From: Candidatus Rifleibacteriota bacterium
Lineage (GTDB): Bacteria > Muiribacteriota > Ozemobacteria > Ozemobacterales > Ozemobacteraceae
DNA: 64,000 nucleotides
NCBI GenBank assembly: GCA_051747585.1
Contig: JBNJGH010000003.1
Location: forward strand, 1,980-65,979
Direction of reading: 5' to 3'
Shown: piece by piece, positions 1 to 9,187 of the stretch
Numbering within the stretch: the first letter of the stretch is position 1
How the letters are laid out: every line of letters begins with the position of its first letter
The notes under the pieces: generated by a model
Told to the model about the DNA's origin: nothing
Databases searched by the model: none
Seen by the model: the letters and a program-made list of their open reading frames with translations, nothing else
Made by a program: the position numbers and the translations under genes

Positions 1-1408
1 AATGCTCGCATGCCCCTGACCGATTTTCAAAAAGAAAATCGACTACCGGATCTTTTTCTGCTGAAAAACTTTCAAATAATGAATAAACGCAATTTTCTTT
101 TAAATAAGCCATTACTCTTTTTACTCGTTGATTTATCGTCGTTGCATTTTCTGACAACTTGTCAGCAAGATCCCTTATTCTTTTATCTATTCCATTCCTG
201 TTAAGGTATATTCGCGTTGGCCCTGAAATATTAAGCGAAGACATCTCTACATCTCTTACAGGGGGCTGATCAATCAATACCCGAGCAAGATATCTTCTTC
301 TTGCCGACGATCTTCCCGGGAAAAATATAGAGCGATCACTCTCAACCATTATAAAGTTACTATCTATATCAAGGTTAACCGTAAGATCAGGAACAAACAA
401 AACAGGCGGCTCAGTATTTTCAAGATTAATTTCCAGCTGATGAAGGGTTCTGTCGGTATTATAATCTTCTTTCAACCAGAACTGGCCTGTGTTTTCCCTG
501 AGGTTAACAAAGTATCTGCTATATCGATTTCTATACCATCTTCCTCTGGAATAATTAGCAAAGGTTGTACCTCGCATAAGCTTGCCTTTTAGTCTTCTGA
601 GTATGGATAAAGAAAGAGAAGCCTTGTCACTCGGTCTTATCCTCATAACAACAGCAGGATTATCTTCAAGCAAACCACCTTCGCCTATAGTCAAAGCATC
701 ACTGAAACCTTTGAGGGATCGTTTAGAAGCACGAGAAGCAAGTCCATATCTTTTAGTCCTGGGAATCATATAAAAACATGATCCCCAAACCAGCACAAAC
801 AAAAAAGCCAGGCCGGCAAGTTTTAATGGGCTGAAAGTTTTACAATCGGTTGGTTTTAATTTACGGGTCAAGCAGCTATGTCGCATCATTACAATTTTAT
901 GAAGCACAATAAAGATACAGAACAAATATGGAATAAGACTCAATGGAAACAAAAAGTTTACATTCATAGCCGCTACCGCAAGAATTGCCATTAATGACAA
1001 GACTAAAAAACCCGTTACAGTTTTTGCATTATTTGTAATTTGAAGCTGAAGAACAATGATAATTGAAGTAAACTCGAGCATTATAACAATACCGGGAATT
1101 TCAAACTTGCTATAGACAATTAAAATATAACCCAAAGTCAACAGGCTTAAAAACTGAGTAAGACGTGGAAAAGGAAGCAACCTGCGACCCGATATCAGCA
1201 CAAAAAGAGAAGGAAACATTAATACAGTCATTAAAGTTCTTAAATAACCGGTTGTCCATACAGACACGAACGAAATTAAAGCTATTAGCGCCAACAATCT
1301 TAAAAAACCGGAGTCAACGGTAAAATCATTTACAAAAGCTTTGTTAAAGCTTTTAACTTTGCCTTCTATTTCCATAAATCTATCGTTTGTTTTATTTATA
1401 TCAGGCAT
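1..1408 (-). CDS. Transglutaminase-like membrane protein (TgpA/DUF3488-like). N-terminus in window; C-terminus runs off the 5' edge.
   Basis: I translated the minus strand by hand from the ATG at 1408 (MPDINKTNDRFMEIEGKVKS...). It gives an uninterrupted reading frame with multiple hydrophobic helices, then a soluble region ending ...FENRSGACEH, a transglutaminase-like Cys motif. The ORF track misses it because the frame stays open to the window edge. It sits directly downstream of MoxR and DUF58, the classic MoxR-DUF58-TGase gene order. Confidence 0.55.
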   Translation of the reverse strand, partial: MPDINKTNDRFMEIEGKVKSFNKAFVNDFTVDSGFLRLLALIALISFVSVWTTGYLRTLMTVLMFPSLFVLISGRRLLPFPRLTQFLSLLTLGYILIVYSKFEIPGIVIMLEFTSIIIVLQLQITNNAKTVTGFLVLSLMAILAVAAMNVNFLFPLSLIPYLFCIFIVLHKIVMMRHSCLTRKLKPTDCKTFSPLKLAGLAFLFVLVWGSCFYMIPRTKRYGLASRASKRSLKGFSDALTIGEGGLLEDNPAVVMRIRPSDKASLSLSILRRLKGKLMRGTTFANYSRGRWYRNRYSRYFVNLRENTGQFWLKEDYNTDRTLHQLEINLENTEPPVLFVPDLTVNLDIDSNFIMVESDRSIFFPGRSSARRRYLARVLIDQPPVRDVEMSSLNISGPTRIYLNRNGIDKRIRDLADKLSENATTINQRVKRVMAYLKENCVYSLFESFSAEKDPVVDFLFENRSGACEH

Positions 1409-2348
1409 TTATTTTACTCAGAATTTCATTAAAATCTATTCCACGACAGTCACCCGTAGGCGGAGGAATCTTGTCATACTCTTTTAAGTCGGCAAGCCAA
1501 TGCAAAAGAGTCGAATAATTATCAGTTACGGACATCCAATTATAAGAACCATGTTCCTGCCTGGCCCAGATAAAAGCATGGCTGCCGTTTTCCCGCAGTT
1601 TGAAAATGATACTGGTAACAATTTTAAGACAGTCTTCAAATACTTCGTCGGTTAGACCCGAGAAATTGAAGTAAAGCTTCTCGGGCAAACCATAGTTTAT
1701 GGATTTAATCAATACCCATTCAAAGTTTGATCTTGCCGAAATTGTCCAGTTGATTAAAGAAGCATCTTCACCGGACTGATAAGGTTTCTGCATCCAGTAG
1801 TCCCCTTCTTTTCCCGGCTCAAACTTCTGGATCGCACCGCCAATTTCTTTCTCGATAAGTTCGGGAATAACTCTTGCTTTTTTGGGCGCAACAAACACAG
1901 ACTGTTGAGGCAATAAGGCTCGAATAAAAATCAAGCCAAATGGATGAAAGGAAAACAAAGCAAAATTTTTAAGTTTATATATTCCCCGTTTTTCTGCTCT
2001 AATTCTGGTTCTAAGATAAATGATTTCTTCTGCTTCCAGTTTTCCGGTAAAGTCATCTTCAAAAGCAATACAATAATGAGCCCTTCCCTCAAATTCTTTC
2101 AAGCGACATTTTATCGAAAACTCTTCTCCGGCATAAATTTCCTCTTCAGCTTCAAGTATAGGCTCAAGACCGGAAATGTTTCTGTATGATATATATAAAA
2201 TAATAATAAAAGCTGCTATAAAACAGCTGGCCATAACAAATAACAGATTGTTGCCGGTATTTTGAGCTGAAAACAACAAAAAGACCGACAAAAAAATGCA
2301 TGCTTTACCAAAATTAGTCAGACAGATTTTAATTCGGGGTTTATTCAA
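1401..2348 (-). CDS. DUF58 domain protein, the MoxR-associated partner; N-terminal TM helices
   Basis: Contains the YQSGEDASLINWTISARS motif, which fits the DUF58 signature (Y.xGDD.R.IDW...AR). Its start overlaps the MoxR stop, and it is followed after 4 nt by the transglutaminase-like gene. Confidence 0.6.
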   Translation of the reverse strand: MNKPRIKICLTNFGKACIFLSVFLLFSAQNTGNNLLFVMASCFIAAFIIILYISYRNISGLEPILEAEEEIYAGEEFSIKCRLKEFEGRAHYCIAFEDDFTGKLEAEEIIYLRTRIRAEKRGIYKLKNFALFSFHPFGLIFIRALLPQQSVFVAPKKARVIPELIEKEIGGAIQKFEPGKEGDYWMQKPYQSGEDASLINWTISARSNFEWVLIKSINYGLPEKLYFNFSGLTDEVFEDCLKIVTSIIFKLRENGSHAFIWARQEHGSYNWMSVTDNYSTLLHWLADLKEYDKIPPPTGDCRGIDFNEILSKINA

Positions 2349-3285
2349 TCTTTACCTTTTGCAGCAATTCATGCTGAACCCACTCAGCAGGTGCTCCCTC
2401 GCTGTTAAATGTTGTTGTGCCCTTTAATCCTATTCTGTGGCACCACACACCAGGGAGCAATTCTTTAATAATATCAATATTAACGGTTTCCAGGTCTCTT
2501 AAATATGCAAGAGCCTGGGCTGCACGCATAAGTGCAATGCATCCTCTGGGGCTTACCGGCAAATCGACTTCTTCATGGTTTCTTACAGCTTCAGTTAGTC
2601 GTGTAATATAATCGTAAACATGTTCCGGAACCTCAATCTCATTAGCTAGCTTCTGACAATCGCGAATTTCGTCAAGCTCGAGAACCTGCTCTAATTTAAT
2701 CTCTGATTTCAGCCCCCATTTCATTTTCAATATTTCTTTTTCTGACTGAGCATCAGGATAGCCTATGGTCAATCGCATGAGAAATCTGTCTCGCTGAGAT
2801 TCGGGGAGAGGATAGGTTCCATGGAATCCGCGCGGATTCTGCGTCGCAATAACCATAAAGGGCAAAGATAGCTGAAAATGGTTCCGGTCGACACTTACTT
2901 CATATTCATTCATTGCCTGAAGCAGAGCGCTCTGAGTCTTAGGAGGCGCGCGGTTCAACTCATCGGCAAGAACAATATTTGCAAAAATAGGCCCTTTAAC
3001 AAATTCAAATTTTTCAAGACTACGTCTGTAAATTTTGGTTCCGAGAATATCAGAAGGTAACAGATCGGCAGTAAATTGAATTCTGTTGAAAGTACCACCA
3101 ATTGCCTGAGACAAAGCCGAAGCGAGTGTAGTTTTGCCTACTCCGGGCAGGTCTTCCATTAAAAGGTGACCATCAGCCAGCAGACAGGTCAAAGTTAATT
3201 CTATCTGGTCGGGCTTTCCAAGTATTACTGTTTTCAATTTTTGATCTAGTTCTAGTAGTGATTCTTTGAGTTGTTCTTTGTTCAT
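2341..3285 (-). CDS. MoxR-family AAA+ ATPase
   Basis: Walker A motif PGVGKTTLASALS, Walker B motif IVLADELNRAPP, and the MoxR C-terminal lid region. Confidence 0.85.
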   Translation of the reverse strand: MNKEQLKESLLELDQKLKTVILGKPDQIELTLTCLLADGHLLMEDLPGVGKTTLASALSQAIGGTFNRIQFTADLLPSDILGTKIYRRSLEKFEFVKGPIFANIVLADELNRAPPKTQSALLQAMNEYEVSVDRNHFQLSLPFMVIATQNPRGFHGTYPLPESQRDRFLMRLTIGYPDAQSEKEILKMKWGLKSEIKLEQVLELDEIRDCQKLANEIEVPEHVYDYITRLTEAVRNHEEVDLPVSPRGCIALMRAAQALAYLRDLETVNIDIIKELLPGVWCHRIGLKGTTTFNSEGAPAEWVQHELLQKVKIE

Positions 3286-3441
3286 CAGGTAATTCTCACC
3301 AGCATTATTACGATTTTATAAATATTACTTTTCGGAACTGACTAACTAAATGATACAGAATTTAGCAGGAAAAACAAAGTCAGCTTGTATTAATTCAGCA
3401 ATTATCCATTTGTTTGTTGAAACTCTCTAATATTACTACAT

Positions 3442-3649
3442 GGAATGCCACTAAGATAAGAAGTAAAATTTTGCGAATCGTGCTCGCCTGTCCGCCATAG
3501 CCTTGGCGACGGCGGATGATCGTAATCCTAATCGTAATCGATTTAAATGTTGATTATTCGATTACGATCTCGCTGATTACGAGCACCGCTTTGCTGAGCA
3601 CGAATAAATCATCTCTGCTTTAAATATCTCCTTAACTTAGTGGCATTCA
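3442..3649. repeat. Short variant of the window's palindromic repeat family (R1), bounded by 14-bp inverted repeats
   Basis: The inverted repeats ggaatgccactaag (3442-3455) and cttagtggcattca (3636-3649) flank a nested palindrome (cgtgctcgcc...gatcgtaatc...cgattacgatc...gagcacg). That palindrome shares the module cgattacga..accgcttYgctgagcacga with the tails of copies R5 and R6. Confidence 0.5.
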
Positions 3650-3752
3650 TTACAACATGGATAATAACTAGTATTAATTTATATCACTAAATACTTGCTA
3701 AATATGCTAATATATTACCCAATTAAAATACTCAATATTAAGGAAAGGATTT

Positions 3753-5192
3753 ATGGCTAAGACAACAAAGAAAAAAAATACTGCCTTAAAAATCCCTAAC
3801 GCATGGGATGTTCTCAAAAGCAAAGATGGCAAAAAGCTCGAAAAGAGGGCACAAAGCTATCGCAATTTTTTAGACAATTGCAAAACTGAACGAGAAACAA
3901 TAATCTTCATCGAAGAAGATGCAAAAAAAGCCGGTTTTAAACCTCTACCCCAGCTGGGTACCGGCAAGAAACTAAAGCCCGGAAGCAGGGTTTATTTTAT
4001 TAATAAAAATCGCGCCATGGGTCTTGCAATAATTGGTAAAAAAAATCCCAGCGAAGGTTTCAGACTAATAGCAGCTCATCACGATTGTCCCAGGCTGGAT
4101 ATCAAAGCCGTGCCTCTTTATGAAAAACATGGCCTGGCACTTTTAAAAACACATTATTACGGTGGAATTAAAAAGTTTCAATGGGCTGCTATACCACTTG
4201 CCCTTCATGGTTTTGCAATAACAAAATCCGGCAAAAAACTAAATTTTAATATTGGCGAAAAAACCAGTGATCCTGTTTTTTCAATTACTGACATAGCTCC
4301 TCATCTGAGCAGAAAGATTCAAGATGATAGAAAATCGTCTACAACTATTAAAGGTGAAGAACTAAATCTGGTTATTGGTCATCGTCCTGCCCTCAAGGCA
4401 AACAAAGATTCAGAAAAAGAGACTCCCGATCGCATAAAACAGGCAATTATCGAATATCTTCACAAAGAAATGGGCCTCGAAGAAGAAGACTTTGGTTGGG
4501 CTGAGTTTCATGCAGTGCCGGCTTTCAACTCAAGAGAAGTCGGATTGGACAGAGCATTGATAGGTGGCTATGGTCATGACGACCGAGCCTGTGTTTTTGC
4601 CTCTTATGACGCTCTTTGTGATATAAAAGTTCCACAACATACTTGCGCCATAATGTTTCTTGACAAAGAAGAGATCGGATCATGCGGTGCCAACGGTGCG
4701 CAGTCAATGATGGTCACAGATTTTCTCGGAATGCTTGTAGAAGCCACCTCCGGAAAAAGCGACTTCGCTTCCATAAGAGGCGCAATTTCTGAGTCAATGG
4801 TAATTTCGGCAGATACCAGCACGCCACTTGATCCAACCTTCGATGGAACCCATGATCAGTTGAATTCTGCCTTAATGGGTAAAGGAGTCTGGATAAGCAA
4901 ATACGCCGGCAGCGGCGGTAAAATGTTCAGCGGCGAAGCTGATGTAGAGTTTATCAACTATATACGACAAATGCTCATAAAAGAAAATATACCTTATCAA
5001 TTTGGCGAAATGGGTAAAGTAGACGAAGGCGGCGGAGGTACTGTTGCCTACCTGCTTTCGAACCTCAATATGCATGTGCTTGATATTTGCCTCCCCACCC
5101 TGAGCTTGCATTCTCCCTTTGAACTGATTTCAAAAGTTGATTATTACTACACCGTCTCGACCTATAAAGCCTTCATGGAGAATACCTACTAA
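3753..5192 (+). CDS. M18-family aminopeptidase (aspartyl aminopeptidase-like)
   Basis: Motifs AAHHDCPRLDIK (compare the HTDSPCL motif of M18), DKEEIGSCGANGAQ, and the GGGGTVAYL ... HSPFE metal-ligand region. A length of 479 aa is typical for M18. Confidence 0.65.
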   Translation: MAKTTKKKNTALKIPNAWDVLKSKDGKKLEKRAQSYRNFLDNCKTERETIIFIEEDAKKAGFKPLPQLGTGKKLKPGSRVYFINKNRAMGLAIIGKKNPSEGFRLIAAHHDCPRLDIKAVPLYEKHGLALLKTHYYGGIKKFQWAAIPLALHGFAITKSGKKLNFNIGEKTSDPVFSITDIAPHLSRKIQDDRKSSTTIKGEELNLVIGHRPALKANKDSEKETPDRIKQAIIEYLHKEMGLEEEDFGWAEFHAVPAFNSREVGLDRALIGGYGHDDRACVFASYDALCDIKVPQHTCAIMFLDKEEIGSCGANGAQSMMVTDFLGMLVEATSGKSDFASIRGAISESMVISADTSTPLDPTFDGTHDQLNSALMGKGVWISKYAGSGGKMFSGEADVEFINYIRQMLIKENIPYQFGEMGKVDEGGGGTVAYLLSNLNMHVLDICLPTLSLHSPFELISKVDYYYTVSTYKAFMENTY

Positions 5193-5198
5193 TTTTCT

Positions 5199-6323
5199 AT
5201 GAAATTGACTGATTTTGAAAAACTTATATCGCAGGGTAAGCTTGCTTACCCTGCTTATATTTTTTCCGGTCCGGAAGATTTTTTAAAGTTACGTACATTT
5301 GAAAAAATAATTAAAAAATTTATTCCAGACAAAGACCGCAGCGATAACATTTTTAAGATTGATTGCAACACAAAAGAAGCCGAGAATTCAGATGAATTAA
5401 TTTATAGTTTTGCATTTAATTCAAGCCCCAGGTTTTTTCTTTTTAACGATTTTCAAAACCTGAAAAAAAGAAAACCTTTGCTTGAAAGAATCTATGACAA
5501 CGGAATTCCGGCAGATACTTTTTTAATTTTCAATACAAACAACAAAAAAGTTGCCCAGGAAATCTCAACCAAACTGAAACAACAGAATGAACAGGTTGAG
5601 TTCTGGCGCCCATTTGAAAATCAGCTGCCTCTATGGGTAAAGAAAGAAGCCAATGAGCTTGGAGGAAAAATCCAGCCTGACGCCATAGAACTGCTCTTAG
5701 ACCTGACAGGCTCTGAGTTGTCTATTTTATTCCAGGAGCTCAAAAAACTTGTTATCGCTTCCGGCAACGCTCCCATAACGAAAGATAAGATAAAAGAATC
5801 TGTAAGATACCTGCGGAAAGACTCCGTTTTTGATTTTCTCGAACAATTCGGCAATCGCCGCCTTAAAAGCTGCTTAAGAACGCTTGAGTCTCTTTGTCTT
5901 AGCGGCGAACCACCTCAAAAAATCTGGTTCATGCTTGTTCGACAATTGAGGGATTTCAGACTTTTTCATGAACTTACAATTGACCGCCCCGATATTTTTG
6001 CTGAGATTAAAAGGCATTTGCAAGACTACAGACAGATTTATGGCAAAACAGACTTTAAATCGAATCAGAAAAAGAAAAGTATTATTACCGAGATTCAAAA
6101 ATCAATCAGGTCATTACCCCCATCTTTGCTTTCAACCACTGGATACAGCAACCCCATGAAAATCAAACAACTCTATATGGCACTGAATTTTGAATATACT
6201 GAACTGGTTAAAACCTGGCCTAAACTAATTCAAATGGATCTGCACTTAAAATCCGGGACACCTGATGCAAAAAACGCACTTCAAACTTTTGTAACCAGAA
6301 CACTTAGAAGCCAGACAAGCTAA
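5199..6323 (+). CDS. holA: DNA polymerase III delta subunit
   Basis: N-terminal LISQGKLAYPAYIFSGPEDFL matches the HolA signature (L..G.L.PVYLLYGEE.FL). The size and the position just before rpsT are also typical. Confidence 0.55.
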   Translation: MKLTDFEKLISQGKLAYPAYIFSGPEDFLKLRTFEKIIKKFIPDKDRSDNIFKIDCNTKEAENSDELIYSFAFNSSPRFFLFNDFQNLKKRKPLLERIYDNGIPADTFLIFNTNNKKVAQEISTKLKQQNEQVEFWRPFENQLPLWVKKEANELGGKIQPDAIELLLDLTGSELSILFQELKKLVIASGNAPITKDKIKESVRYLRKDSVFDFLEQFGNRRLKSCLRTLESLCLSGEPPQKIWFMLVRQLRDFRLFHELTIDRPDIFAEIKRHLQDYRQIYGKTDFKSNQKKKSIITEIQKSIRSLPPSLLSTTGYSNPMKIKQLYMALNFEYTELVKTWPKLIQMDLHLKSGTPDAKNALQTFVTRTLRSQTS

Positions 6324-6325
6324 AA

Positions 6326-6373
6326 CCATTTATCGGCGACACCCGACCATGTCGCCGATAAATGGCTAATTTT
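6326..6373. terminator. Bidirectional hairpin terminator between the convergent holA and rpsT genes
   Basis: Perfect 16-bp stem, ccatttatcggcgaca / tgtcgccgataaatgg, with an 8-nt loop, followed by ctaatttt. Confidence 0.5.
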
Positions 6374-6393
6374 AAAAATCTTTAAAACTTAAA

Positions 6394-6666
6394 TTATGCG
6401 TTCTGAGCTCTGTTAACAGCTTTCATTAAACGACTAACTTTGCGTGCAGCCGTTCTAGGATGAATATATTCATTCGAAGCTGCTTTATAATATTTTTTTA
6501 CAGTCAAATTCAATATTTTTTCAATTTCTTCCTGTGACTGCTTTTCTTCTGCAGCAGTCATGGTTTTCTTACGATAAGTCTTGAGTTCAGAAATAGCACG
6601 AACTCTTCTAGTATGTCTACGATTTGCTTTTCTAGCATTTTTAGCAGCCGACAATGTATTAGCCAT
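6394..6666 (-). CDS. rpsT: 30S ribosomal protein S20
   Basis: MANTLSAAKNARKANRRHTRR... is the S20 signature. I place the start at the ATG at 6666, which is preceded by an aaggtga ribosome-binding site, rather than at the longer ORF-track start at 6690. Confidence 0.85.
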   Translation of the reverse strand: MANTLSAAKNARKANRRHTRRVRAISELKTYRKKTMTAAEEKQSQEEIEKILNLTVKKYYKAASNEYIHPRTAARKVSRLMKAVNRAQNA

Positions 6667-6773
6667 GATAATCACCTTTCTCATATTCAAAAATCAGGAA
6701 TGGTATTCTAGCACGTACAAAACCTTTTTTCAAGTACACAATTTCCCGCTTCATTACAGGGAGTCTCGAACTC

Positions 6774-7775
6774 TCAAAGATCGTAGGTCGCCAGAACATA
6801 TTTCCCGGGTTCAAGATAAAAAGTAAGAATTTTGCCCTCCGGGGTTACAACTTGCTTCCGTGGCAAATCAGGTGCCAGACAAGGAACTCTGATAATGTCA
6901 GAAAAACTCAGTACTCTACCTGAAGGCGAGCATCTATAAAGCCGGTCGCGATAAATAGCGCCATTTTCTGAATGACAGGCAACAAGGTTTAAATAAATAT
7001 TGCCTGCTGAATCTTTGCCGATGATTTCTCCACCGGCATAGTTAACTTTTGAGTCTTTTATTTCCAGAGGAAACTCAGCAAGCTGAAGATCCTGGGGCGG
7101 AGAAGCAACAATTCGTAAGTTTAAAGTTGCATTGCGTTTTTTCAAATTTAAGCCGAGAAGCTTGTTACCGATGCCATAAACAGGAGAAAGCCCCTTACCA
7201 TAAGGTATTTGCTTTTTTAGCGTATCACTTTCGTCAAAGCTCAGAATAGAAGCCATCATCGGCATATCTACCAGAAGATTTTTTCCTGAGGTTTCAAGTG
7301 ACGCAGCATCAAAAAAGCCCTCAATAACGGTTTTCTGTTTACCTTCAGAATCTATCTTATAAATATATCCCTCGATTGGAGCGAATAACCAGAACGATCC
7401 ATCTGGGGCAAAGGCAAAATCCTTGATAACTTTGCCATAAGAGGCAATTGAAATATTTTTTTTCAAACCGGTATCCGGACTGAAAAGCTTAAGCTGATTG
7501 TTCGCAGAATCGAGTATCCATACTTTTTCGTTAATCGAACGAAATGCAAAGGGAACTCCTTCGGTATATCTTTCTTCATCTTGTTCAGATGCCCCGATTT
7601 CTGAATCTGCCTCACCAAGTGGGATTTTTAGAAGAACGTTTGACCTTTGGGCTTCGAACATGCTTTTATGATAGTTCAAGGAAAATATCCGTTTGAAATT
7701 ATTTTCCTCTGCAGAACCCTCAAATACAACAGAACAAAACAACGAAATCATTACTATAAATAAACATTTTTTCAT
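6774..7775 (-). CDS. Secreted hypothetical protein with signal peptide, possibly beta-propeller-like
   Basis: N-terminal MKKCLFIVMISLFCSVVFEGSA signal peptide; beta-rich composition; no motif I recognise. Confidence 0.35.
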   Translation of the reverse strand: MKKCLFIVMISLFCSVVFEGSAEENNFKRIFSLNYHKSMFEAQRSNVLLKIPLGEADSEIGASEQDEERYTEGVPFAFRSINEKVWILDSANNQLKLFSPDTGLKKNISIASYGKVIKDFAFAPDGSFWLFAPIEGYIYKIDSEGKQKTVIEGFFDAASLETSGKNLLVDMPMMASILSFDESDTLKKQIPYGKGLSPVYGIGNKLLGLNLKKRNATLNLRIVASPPQDLQLAEFPLEIKDSKVNYAGGEIIGKDSAGNIYLNLVACHSENGAIYRDRLYRCSPSGRVLSFSDIIRVPCLAPDLPRKQVVTPEGKILTFYLEPGKYVLATYDL

Positions 7776-7790
7776 TTTATCACCTGCGCC

Positions 7791-8894
7791 TTAGGGTAAA
7801 GGTATTCCAACGGAACGCGGATTAACGTAACTTCCATTCTTCTTTAAACCGAAATGAAGATGTGGGCCTGTTGTCCATTGCCCAGTGTTATCAGATCTGG
7901 CAATTTCCTGGCCGGCACTTACCCGGTCCCCCTTACTCACTGAAGTGCTTTGCAGATGGCAGTAAAAAGATTCATACCCGTTTGCATAGCGAACTTTAAC
8001 ATAGCGACCGCCACCGGATTCATAACCGGATGCAATTACTGTTCCATCCCCCAGAGCGTTCAATCGTGTTCCATTAACTACCGGCAAATCAATGCCATTA
8101 TGGAATTTTCTGGTGCCCAACGTCGGATGTGTTCTCCAGCCGAACTCACTACTGGCGCGACCAGGCATTGGCTGACATGGAGCGGAGGTAAGTGGGCCAC
8201 CATTTGCAGCAACAGATGCAGGTGCCGGCAAGTTTCCTGAAGGAGACTGATTAGAAGGGCGATTTACAGCCGTCTGTCCTGCTGATTGCTGAGGAGTATC
8301 TACATAATTAGCATGAATATATGCTGTTTGCCCGTTATGATCAATCTTGTACCAGTCCCCATCTTTGCCGATTATTTTTACAGGATTGTTATTGTAGAGA
8401 CTACCGATAATCGTTCCCCAGGGCGAGGTTCTAACATTCAGGCTGGTATTAACTTTTACCGTTCCATTAATAACTTTACTCTCTTCGTCCTCTTCATCAT
8501 TTGCGGCAACTTCTTCATCAGACTCTTCAACTTCTCCTGCTACTTCTTTCAGGCGATTAGAAACTTCGCTAAGTCTTTTTGCCAAATCAAGCATCTGCTG
8601 AACAAAATCACGGTAGTCGCCGTTTTCATCGGCAAAGGAGTCTGGGTCTTCGGCAAATTTTTTGAGAAGATCAGAATATTTTTGATTGGCTTCGTCAAGC
8701 TTTTTAATTGCTCGGTTCAGGTTGTCCCTGTCTATACTGCCAACACTCACACTCGCCTGTTCATTGTCCGATACGGCTTCGTCGGCAGACTGCCGAATAT
8801 TGATTTCTCCTCCGGCAAAAGGGTTTGTCGCACAAAAACCTGAAACAGTTATATAAAACATAAAAATTGCAAAAATGAACAACTGTTTTTTCAT
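7791..8894 (-). CDS. M23-family (LytM-domain) metallopeptidase with SH3b domain and coiled-coil
   Basis: Signal peptide; a coiled-coil segment; an SH3b-like segment (GTVKVNTSLNVRTSPW...YKIDHNGQTAYIHANYV); and the C-terminal M23 motifs HNGIDL ... GPHLHFG. Confidence 0.75.
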   Translation of the reverse strand: MKKQLFIFAIFMFYITVSGFCATNPFAGGEINIRQSADEAVSDNEQASVSVGSIDRDNLNRAIKKLDEANQKYSDLLKKFAEDPDSFADENGDYRDFVQQMLDLAKRLSEVSNRLKEVAGEVEESDEEVAANDEEDEESKVINGTVKVNTSLNVRTSPWGTIIGSLYNNNPVKIIGKDGDWYKIDHNGQTAYIHANYVDTPQQSAGQTAVNRPSNQSPSGNLPAPASVAANGGPLTSAPCQPMPGRASSEFGWRTHPTLGTRKFHNGIDLPVVNGTRLNALGDGTVIASGYESGGGRYVKVRYANGYESFYCHLQSTSVSKGDRVSAGQEIARSDNTGQWTTGPHLHFGLKKNGSYVNPRSVGIPLP

Positions 8895-9020
8895 AATCTT
8901 CTCCTCTTGGCTTGCTTTACTTATTTTACCACCATTATTTTTAAAAGTTTTTATTTTTTTAAGAGTTAGCTATGGATTAATTCTCGGTAAATCATTATTC
9001 TCTGGGTTTCAAACGTTCTG

Positions 9021-9110
9021 GTTTATTTCTTTGTGGCTTTGAGGCTTGGTGTGAAGCAAATTCTTTTCTGAAACAAGTTGTTAGTCGCTGACCCAGAATT
9101 GCTGGTAGCT
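9021..9110. repeat. Partial copy (R2) of the right-end module of the repeat family
   Basis: ttatttctttgtggctttgaggcttggtgtgaag...gttgttagtcgctgacccagaattgctgg matches the tail of R3 at 36636-36718. Confidence 0.45.
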
Positions 9111-9187
9111 ATGCCTTGATATGAGAAGTGAAAAGTTTTATACTTAGCTGTTACTAACAGTTTGACGCATTGATACCGGAGTAAACT

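Noticed and set aside
10-773. Plus-strand ORFs 10-204 and 582-773 from the ORF track
   Set aside because: They lie antisense within a continuous minus-strand reading frame that encodes a polytopic transglutaminase-like protein. They have no motifs and are almost certainly spurious.
3700-3752. Sigma70 promoter call upstream of the M18 aminopeptidase
   Set aside because: The TTGCTA and TAATAT hexamers are separated by only 7 nt, so the spacing is wrong for a canonical promoter. Not reported.
8286-8843. Antisense or internal ORFs inside large genes, for example 8286-8843 (plus), 14263-14733 (minus), 49123-49551 (plus) and 55454-55897 (plus)
   Set aside because: They are embedded opposite strongly supported genes. 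They are low-complexity or hydrophobic translations, including poly-F/K from the acidic linker's antisense, with no start context.
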